DNA of 64,000 nucleotides from Eubacteriales bacterium (GTDB lineage Bacteria; Bacillota; Clostridia; Saccharofermentanales; UBA5734): NCBI GenBank assembly GCA_028684955.1, contig JAQUEY010000002.1, positions 2,382 to 66,381 of the forward strand, read 5' to 3'. Shown piece by piece: positions 57,567 to 64,000 of this stretch (position 1 is its first letter; each line of letters starts with the position of its first letter). The notes under the pieces were generated by a model. It saw only the letters and a program-made list of their open reading frames with translations, ran no database searches and was not told where the DNA came from. The position numbers and the translations under genes were made by a program.

Positions 57567-58665
57567 AACGCAAAAGCTAGGCATCCTCCTGGTCGACAAA
57601 CCGTGCGGCTTGACTTCTTTTGGTGTTGTCTCCCGCTTGCGGCGCCTGATCGGTGAAAAGAAAATCGGCCACACCGGTACGCTCGATCCTTTTGCCGAGG
57701 GTTTGCTGGCCATTTGTGTCGGCAAAGCGACAGCAGCTGTCCAATTCATGGATACCTACGATAAAACGTATCAGGTGCGCGTACTTTTTGGTGCTGCGAC
57801 CGATACAATGGACCTGACCGGAACATTGACAGGCTCACATGACTTTTCCTCACAGGAATTATCCCAGCTCGCAGCCACTGGTTTTATACCGCTTCGCCAG
57901 GCGGTGCAAGACTTGACGGGTGAACAGCTGCAAGTGCCACCGATGTATTCTGCAGTCAAAGTCGAAGGACAACCTCTCTATGCTCTGGCCCGTGCCGGGC
58001 AGACGATTGAACGCCAGCCACGTCCGATCGTCATCCACCGGGCCATCCTGGATGGCATCGATTGCCGGACAAAGACAGAACCAGGTGGGCCCAGGTTATC
58101 GTGCGACCTGACACTGGAGGTATCCAAGGGAACCTATATCCGGGTGATAGCCGATGAACTTGGACAGAAACTGGGCTGGTTTGCCCATGCCGAGCGTCTG
58201 GTCCGGACCCGGGTCGGCCCCTTCGATTTGAGCCAAGCCGTGACTTTGCAGGCCCTGGAAGACCGTTTTGACGAGCTGGCCGAGGCCTTGCGGCAGAAGG
58301 GACTGGATCCGTCTGACCGGTCCACGCGACGTCTGGTCCAGGACCAGCTCTGGCAGGAGTTGTCCGAGTCTGGCCAAGTCCATAGTCTGACCGAAGCCCT
58401 GTCTGGTTTTCCCATCTTGCGGTTGTCATCTGACCAGGTCAAAAAGCTGGTCCACGGGCAACAGCTGACGCTGGACCAGGCCCAGATCCTGACACAGTCC
58501 GCACCAGAGGTCCGGCCACAGAACGGACTTCGCCTGGCACTCCATGGGCCTGATGGACTTGCTGGCATGGGTCACCTTGAGACAATGCCAGATGGGACCC
58601 CCCCACACTACCGAATTGTAACGGAAAGGATTTTCATCCATCATGAACATCTTCTATCCGAGTGA
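57559..58665 (+). CDS. truB: tRNA pseudouridine(55) synthase
   Basis: VDKPCGLTS, GHTGTLDP, PPMYSAVK, VSKGTYIR. Confidence 0.95.
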   Translation: MAETQKLGILLVDKPCGLTSFGVVSRLRRLIGEKKIGHTGTLDPFAEGLLAICVGKATAAVQFMDTYDKTYQVRVLFGAATDTMDLTGTLTGSHDFSSQELSQLAATGFIPLRQAVQDLTGEQLQVPPMYSAVKVEGQPLYALARAGQTIERQPRPIVIHRAILDGIDCRTKTEPGGPRLSCDLTLEVSKGTYIRVIADELGQKLGWFAHAERLVRTRVGPFDLSQAVTLQALEDRFDELAEALRQKGLDPSDRSTRRLVQDQLWQELSESGQVHSLTEALSGFPILRLSSDQVKKLVHGQQLTLDQAQILTQSAPEVRPQNGLRLALHGPDGLAGMGHLETMPDGTPPHYRIVTERIFIHHEHLLSE

Positions 58666-60916
58666 TCCTCTAGACACGACCATCAGACGAGGCGTTGCCC
58701 TCGGCTTTTTTGACGGGGTGCACCGTGGCCACCAGGATCTGATCCGGACCATGGTCTACCAGAGCCAGATCCAGGATCTGCGCCCGGCTGTCTACACGTT
58801 CCCTGAGCATCCGCTGGTGACGTTGTCGCCCGAAGGCCAGTTTGCCGGGTATCTGTCCACGTTGGAGCAGCGCCTGCAACGGATCGCTGACACAGGCGTT
58901 GCCGACATCTGCCTGCAACCGTTCACCCCTGAATTTGCAGCGCTCCCAGCCACTGAATTCCTTGACACTGTCCTCGGCTCGCGCCTGAATGCCCGCTTGA
59001 TTGTGGTCGGCAAGGATTACCGGTTTGGCCAGGGTGGGGAAGGGGATATCCATCTGCTGCGCAGCTGGGGCGAACAAAACCAGTGCGAGATCATTGTCGT
59101 ACCGGAAGTCCGGCTGTACGGAGACAAAGTGTCCAGCTCGAGGATCCGCCGCCTGATTTCTGAAGGTGATGCCCGCCTGGCCGAAAGTTGCCTCGGTTTT
59201 CCATTTGCCATGACAGGCACGGTGATCGAAGGCAAAAAACTGGGTCGCAAACTTGGTTTTCCCACAGCCAATATTGCCATTGATTCTGATCTGGCGATCC
59301 CTGCCTATGGGGTCTATGCGACCAGGACCCGGGTGGGTGACAGGACGTATGAATCGATCACCAATATCGGAATCCGGCCAACCATCCAGGATGAGAGCCC
59401 CAAACCCAATATTGAATCGTTCCTGTTTGACACCAGCCTGGACCTCTACGGCCGCGCGATCACAGTGGAGTTTTTGCACCGTTTGCGTCCGGAGGCTGTG
59501 TTTGAATCCCTTCTGGATCTGGTTGCCCAGGTCAAGGAGGACCTGGTCCAGGCCAGAGCGTATCACCACGCCTGCGAACAAGGCTATGAATTGGCCAAGG
59601 TCAACGGCATCCCAGTCCGGGTCATCCGTACAACCCGGTTTGCCCAGGCCACAGCCATTGTGACTTACCGGACCCGGATCAATCGCAAAACCGCCAGCCT
59701 GCTGTCTCTTCTTTCGCGAGTCTTGTCAGCCAGCAGCCAGGATTACCCCAGCCGTTCCAGTCTTTCGGCGGCTCTGGACAGCTTGTATGGCGCCAGTATC
59801 GAGACCGAAGTCAGCAAAGACGGCGATTTGTTCAGCCTGCATGTTGCGGTTAATGGCCTGATGAACTGGACCGACCATTCATCTCCGTTTGCAGCAGCCC
59901 TGGATGTCTTTTTCAATTTGCTGACCCGACCTGACCTGGATGCCGATGGTCTGTTCCAGTCTGTACATTTTGAAGCAGAGCGCTCCGGTCTTGTGATGGA
60001 ACTTCTGGCCCGGGAGAACGACAAGGCCAAGTATGCGCATGACCAATGCATGAAGCTGCTCTGTGGTGACCAGCCCTTTGGCCTGCTGGCTTCAGGAGAT
60101 CTGGAAACGTTGAAAAGCCTGACCCGCGAGGACCTGACTGCTGCTTATCACCAATTGGCTGACTTGGACTGCCAAGTGGCCATCGCGGGTGATCTGCCGG
60201 ATTCTCTGCTGGAAACCCTGCTCGGCCAGGTAGCCCGCCTGCGCCCGGCAGCCCCAGTCGGACCCACTCTGACCCTTCCGGTTAGTAAGAGCCGGTCCGG
60301 ACTGGCAGATTTGTCTGATTATTCCAGCCCGAATCTGCTGCCAGCAGCGTTCCGCCCACAGGCGCCTGCGGAACGCAAGGAAACCAAAAAGGTCGAACAG
60401 GCCCGGATTTGCCTGGCTTTTTCTGGCTTGCACCCCTATTTCAGCCACCATTCGATTGTGGACACCCTGCTCAACTCCATGCTGGGCGGAGATGTCCATT
60501 CGCTTCTGTTCGAGGTCGTCCGCGAACAACTTGGACTGGCTTACAGTGTCTATTCGGTCAACAGCCGCTACCTCTCCACCTTGCTGGTGATTGCCGGCGT
60601 GGCTCCAGACCGTGTGGATGAGGCTCGCCAGGCCATATTTGCCCAGCTCGATCACCTGGCCCATGGCCAGTTCAGCGATCAACTGCTGGAACGCTCGAAA
60701 ACACTGGTCGAGAGTCATATCCGATCGATTCCGGATGACTTGGACAACCTGCTGTCCCATTTGATGAATGGGGTGAATCTGGGCCGGATGATTTCGGTCC
60801 AGGATTCCCTGAGTCTTTTAGAACGTGTAGACCGCCAGGCTGTGATCGAACGGGCCAGACAGTTGAAACTTGCTGCCAGTTTTACTTTGACAGCCAAGGA
60901 GTCCTCTGATGATTGA
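58643..60916 (+). CDS. ribF: Fusion of riboflavin kinase/FAD synthetase (RibF) and an inactive M16 peptidase-like (YmfF-like) domain
   Basis: GFFDGVHRGH, GKDYRFG, LGFPTANI in the first ~315 aa; then LDSLYGA, LLNSMLGG..SLLFEVVREQLGLAYSVYS with no intervening stop. Confidence 0.88.
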   Translation: MNIFYPSDPLDTTIRRGVALGFFDGVHRGHQDLIRTMVYQSQIQDLRPAVYTFPEHPLVTLSPEGQFAGYLSTLEQRLQRIADTGVADICLQPFTPEFAALPATEFLDTVLGSRLNARLIVVGKDYRFGQGGEGDIHLLRSWGEQNQCEIIVVPEVRLYGDKVSSSRIRRLISEGDARLAESCLGFPFAMTGTVIEGKKLGRKLGFPTANIAIDSDLAIPAYGVYATRTRVGDRTYESITNIGIRPTIQDESPKPNIESFLFDTSLDLYGRAITVEFLHRLRPEAVFESLLDLVAQVKEDLVQARAYHHACEQGYELAKVNGIPVRVIRTTRFAQATAIVTYRTRINRKTASLLSLLSRVLSASSQDYPSRSSLSAALDSLYGASIETEVSKDGDLFSLHVAVNGLMNWTDHSSPFAAALDVFFNLLTRPDLDADGLFQSVHFEAERSGLVMELLARENDKAKYAHDQCMKLLCGDQPFGLLASGDLETLKSLTREDLTAAYHQLADLDCQVAIAGDLPDSLLETLLGQVARLRPAAPVGPTLTLPVSKSRSGLADLSDYSSPNLLPAAFRPQAPAERKETKKVEQARICLAFSGLHPYFSHHSIVDTLLNSMLGGDVHSLLFEVVREQLGLAYSVYSVNSRYLSTLLVIAGVAPDRVDEARQAIFAQLDHLAHGQFSDQLLERSKTLVESHIRSIPDDLDNLLSHLMNGVNLGRMISVQDSLSLLERVDRQAVIERARQLKLAASFTLTAKESSDD

Positions 60917-62228
60917 CCGACTTTCTGCATTCACCCTGACCCAGACCATCGATCCTTTGACCGGCCATGAACTCCAGACGTGGCGTCACCGCTGCGGTTT
61001 TGTGGTCAAAGTTCTGCCCCGGCCGGGCTTTTCCCGCCGTTTTGCAGCTTTGACGGTCCCGTACGGTTCCATACACACACACTTTGAAAAAGCTGGCCAG
61101 TCCAGCCAAGTTCCGGATGGCACGGCCCATTTCCTGGAACACTGTGTTTTCAGCAGGGATGAAGAAGGCGGACTGCTCGGACGTTTGTCTGCTTTGGGGG
61201 CTTCGGCCAATGCCTACACCAGCCACACCCACACCATGTATTATTTTTCGAGCGTTTTCCATTTCGAAACCGCGCTGGACCTTTACCTGGATGCCGTTCT
61301 CGCTCCGTATCTGGAACCTGACCGGGTCGAAGCCGAGCGGCCGGTCATACTGGCCGAGCTCGACCAGTATCTCGATGATCCCGACACCGTCTGCTATGTC
61401 CAGCTGCTGGACCGCCTGTACAAAAGTCACCCTGTGCGCCAGGATATCGGAGGCACTGCCGAATCTGTCCAGTCGATCAAAAGCGAACATCTCAAACAGG
61501 TCTGGTCGACTTTTTACCAGCCAGGCAAACTGTCTTTGACTCTGGTCGGGGACATGGATGAAAAGCAGGTCCTGCTCCGGCTGGCAGACCGTCTGGAGAA
61601 CAGCCTTGAAATCCTGGGTCAGGCGATCCTGCCGGATGAACCTCTCTACCCGAGTGAGCAGGTGGTCAGCAAAACCATGGATGTCTCAGCGCCTTCTTTT
61701 TTAGTTGGAATCAAAGATCCGACGATCCTGCCCCAGACGCCCTTGTATGGACGCGAACTTGTCATGCGCCAGCGCATGGCCCGCCTGGCTTTTGACACAT
61801 TGCTGTCTCCCGCTTCGCCCCTGTACGAGGACTTGTTTGCCCGGGGCTTGATCAACGATTCCTTCGGTTATCATTATGCCTGCGAACCCAGCTTTGCCTT
61901 CCTGGCTGCCGGTGGTGAATCCCAGGATCCCAAGGCTGCTGGTGAGGCCTTGATCACAGGCTTACGCCAGGCCTTCACCACAGGCCTGGACCCGGATCTG
62001 TTCGAGATCCAGAAACGCGCCGCCGCAGGTGATTTCGTCCGGTCGCTCGATTCGATCGACCACAGCGGCCTGGTCCAGGCCCAGTGCAACCAGCATGGCC
62101 TCGACCTTTTTGACTACCCGGCCCTCTATGATAAAATGGATGCAAAAATGGCTGCCCAGAAACTGGCCTTCCTATCCGATCCGCAGAGCTACACCCTGTC
62201 AATCATCAACAGTCAAACGGAGGAATAA
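60909..62228 (+). CDS. M16 family peptidase (YmfH-like)
   Basis: GTAHFLEH (HxxEH), GASANAYTS, HPVRQDIGG; overlaps the upstream stop. Confidence 0.9.
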   Translation: MIDRLSAFTLTQTIDPLTGHELQTWRHRCGFVVKVLPRPGFSRRFAALTVPYGSIHTHFEKAGQSSQVPDGTAHFLEHCVFSRDEEGGLLGRLSALGASANAYTSHTHTMYYFSSVFHFETALDLYLDAVLAPYLEPDRVEAERPVILAELDQYLDDPDTVCYVQLLDRLYKSHPVRQDIGGTAESVQSIKSEHLKQVWSTFYQPGKLSLTLVGDMDEKQVLLRLADRLENSLEILGQAILPDEPLYPSEQVVSKTMDVSAPSFLVGIKDPTILPQTPLYGRELVMRQRMARLAFDTLLSPASPLYEDLFARGLINDSFGYHYACEPSFAFLAAGGESQDPKAAGEALITGLRQAFTTGLDPDLFEIQKRAAAGDFVRSLDSIDHSGLVQAQCNQHGLDLFDYPALYDKMDAKMAAQKLAFLSDPQSYTLSIINSQTEE

Positions 62229-62229
62229 T

Positions 62230-63153
62230 ATGTCTATTGCTCAAGCGCTTGCCAGTGTTCCGGTTGAAGTCAGTTTCCCCGGTCTTGGCATTGAAAATCT
62301 CCCGGTCAGCCGGGTTGCCTTCAACCTTTTTGGTATCCCGGTCTACTGGTATGGCATGCTGATTGCAATCGCGATCATCCTGAGCCTGTTTTTGGCATCA
62401 CGCCAGGCAGACAAATTTGGCTTGAAATCAGACGACATCATGGACATGTACATCTTCCTGATTCCGGCCATGATTGTTTTCGCCCGCATTTATTATGTTG
62501 TTTTTGAATGGGACTACTACCGTTCGGACTGGCGGCGCATCTTCAACACTCGCGAGGGTGGCCTGGCCTTTTATGGTGGCGTCATCGGCGGAGCTGTAGC
62601 GATCATCCTGGTCGCGCGATTCAAGAAAATCAAAATCGCCGATATTCTCGATTTCATCATTGTCTATGTCCCTCTGGCCCAGGGTATTGGCCGCTGGGGC
62701 AATTTCTTCAACCAGGAAGCGTTTGGCACCAATACGACACTGCCCTGGGGCATGATCTCCAGCCAGACCTCCGCCTATCTGACCAATATTCCCGGTACCG
62801 ATGCTTTTACACCGGTACACCCGACCTTTCTATACGAATTCATTGGTAACCTGGTCCTTTTCTTCGTCTTGCTCAAAATCCGCAACAACCGGCGCTTTGC
62901 ATTCCAGGTTCTACTGACCTATTTGCTCGGTTACGGAATCGTCCGCTTTTTCGTCGAAGGCATCCGCACCGACGCCCTGTTCATTGGTAACACCAGCTGG
63001 CGCATTTCCCAAGTCCTTTCCGCTGTCATGGTGGTCGTGTCTACTCTCTTGCTGGTGCTCCTTGGGCAGCGCGCCAGACGAAAACTGTCCGTTCAGACAG
63101 CTGCCCTGGAGGATTTCGTAGAGATCCCGCCCCAAGACAAACCGAATGGCTGA
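62230..63153 (+). CDS. lgt: Prolipoprotein diacylglyceryl transferase
   Basis: YWYG, ARIYYV, GGLAFYGG, IGRWGNFFNQEAFG, HPTFLYE. Confidence 0.96.
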   Translation: MSIAQALASVPVEVSFPGLGIENLPVSRVAFNLFGIPVYWYGMLIAIAIILSLFLASRQADKFGLKSDDIMDMYIFLIPAMIVFARIYYVVFEWDYYRSDWRRIFNTREGGLAFYGGVIGGAVAIILVARFKKIKIADILDFIIVYVPLAQGIGRWGNFFNQEAFGTNTTLPWGMISSQTSAYLTNIPGTDAFTPVHPTFLYEFIGNLVLFFVLLKIRNNRRFAFQVLLTYLLGYGIVRFFVEGIRTDALFIGNTSWRISQVLSAVMVVVSTLLLVLLGQRARRKLSVQTAALEDFVEIPPQDKPNG

Positions 63154-64000
63154 TACAGGCGTCACCCAACTTAAACGCGATGGATATCTCAGCGCGATCG
63201 ATTACTGGCTGCTGATTCCTGTCCTGGCCATCACCCTGATCGGCCTGTATGTGCTCAACTTGGTTCTTGGCACCGGTTTTGAAGACTACCCGCAGAATCT
63301 GTACAAGCAGATTGGGGCGGTCTTGATCGGACTGATCCTGGCTCTGATCCTGGGCCGGATTGAGCTGCCATCCCTGCGCCTGGTCGGGTATGTCATCTAC
63401 GGCAGCAGTGTCTTGCTGCTGGCACTGGTCCTGGTTGATGGTTTCTCCATGGAAAGCACCTGGGGTGCGGACAGCTGGCTCAAACTCCCTGCGCTGGGGA
63501 CTTTCCAGCCATCGGAACTGACCAAGATCGGACTGGCCATGGTCTCAGCCAACCTGTTCGAGGCCATAGGCCAGAAACGCATCGGCCGCTGGTCTGGCGC
63601 CGCGCTGATGGGTGTCCTCTACATGATCCCGGTCGGTCTGATCATGCTCCAGCCTGATTTCGGCACGACCATGGTCATCGTTTTCATGTTTGTCTGCATG
63701 CTGTTCGTCTTTGGCATTTCCTGGCGAGTCGTCCTGCTCGGTGTGTCTTCAGCGGTCATTGCCATTCCGCTGGCCTGGATTTTCTATTTTGGCGATTACC
63801 AGAAAAACCGCATCTTGACTTTCCTGTACCCTGGTCATGATCCAGATGCCTCCTACAACCTGCTCCAGGCCAAGGCGGCCATCGCATCCGGCGGCCTGGC
63901 AGGCAACATGGGTGGAGATCCGATCCATGTCCCGATCAAATGGTCCGACTTCATTTACACCGCTGTCTCGGAACACATGGGCTTCATCGGTACGACAGCC
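63146..64000 (+). CDS. FtsW/RodA/SpoVE family SEDS protein (partial, runs off the window)
   Basis: My own translation from ATG 63146: MADTG...IDYWLL; GADSW, FQPSELTK, LQPDFGT, YQKNRI, AIASGG, SDFIY. Confidence 0.9.
   Translation, partial: MADTGVTQLKRDGYLSAIDYWLLIPVLAITLIGLYVLNLVLGTGFEDYPQNLYKQIGAVLIGLILALILGRIELPSLRLVGYVIYGSSVLLLALVLVDGFSMESTWGADSWLKLPALGTFQPSELTKIGLAMVSANLFEAIGQKRIGRWSGAALMGVLYMIPVGLIMLQPDFGTTMVIVFMFVCMLFVFGISWRVVLLGVSSAVIAIPLAWIFYFGDYQKNRILTFLYPGHDPDASYNLLQAKAAIASGGLAGNMGGDPIHVPIKWSDFIYTAVSEHMGFIGTTA

Overview
Bacterial chromosomal window, most likely from a GC-rich Clostridia-type Bacillota (inferred from the rimP-nusA-ylxR-ylxQ-infB-rbfA-nrnA-truB-ribF order, ymfF/ymfH-like genes and sigma-A promoters). 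Housekeeping blocks sit at both ends: der-typA-mltG-U32 peptidase and glgP on the left; ilvNC, mscL, the nusA/infB operon, lgt and a RodA/FtsW-family gene on the right. An accessory region spans about 12-46 kb. The main find is a pair of distantly related multi-TM proteins (16840-19494 and 28782-31343). They share an N-terminal membrane domain, a signal-peptide-like last helix ending V-x-A|DD-x-GW-x-E-x-G, a DP-x-IL-x-x-T motif and a G-x-x-D-x-x-N-x-x-DPNK-x4-R-x-G motif, then switch to unrelated C-terminal domains. This is a polymorphic-toxin-like architecture with an export module I do not recognise. One tip aligns by eye with the anthrax EF/CyaA/ExoY class II nucleotidyl cyclase motifs; the other is unidentified and carries a DxD motif. 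Neighbours include a candidate immunity gene, zinc-ribbon proteins, an Fe3+-type ABC importer and two paralogous stand-alone sensor beta-propellers. A c-di-GMP block lies between the two genes: a 1370-aa PAS/GGDEF/HD-GYP/GGDEF/EAL/hemerythrin protein and a TGA-interrupted SBP-GGDEF-EAL gene. Other oddities are an in-frame RibF-M16 peptidase (YmfF-like) fusion, a 52-bp palindromic tandem array with REP-like inverted motifs, and a truncated GyrI-like gene reading through into rimP. All assignments are by-eye motif recognition; no searches were run.
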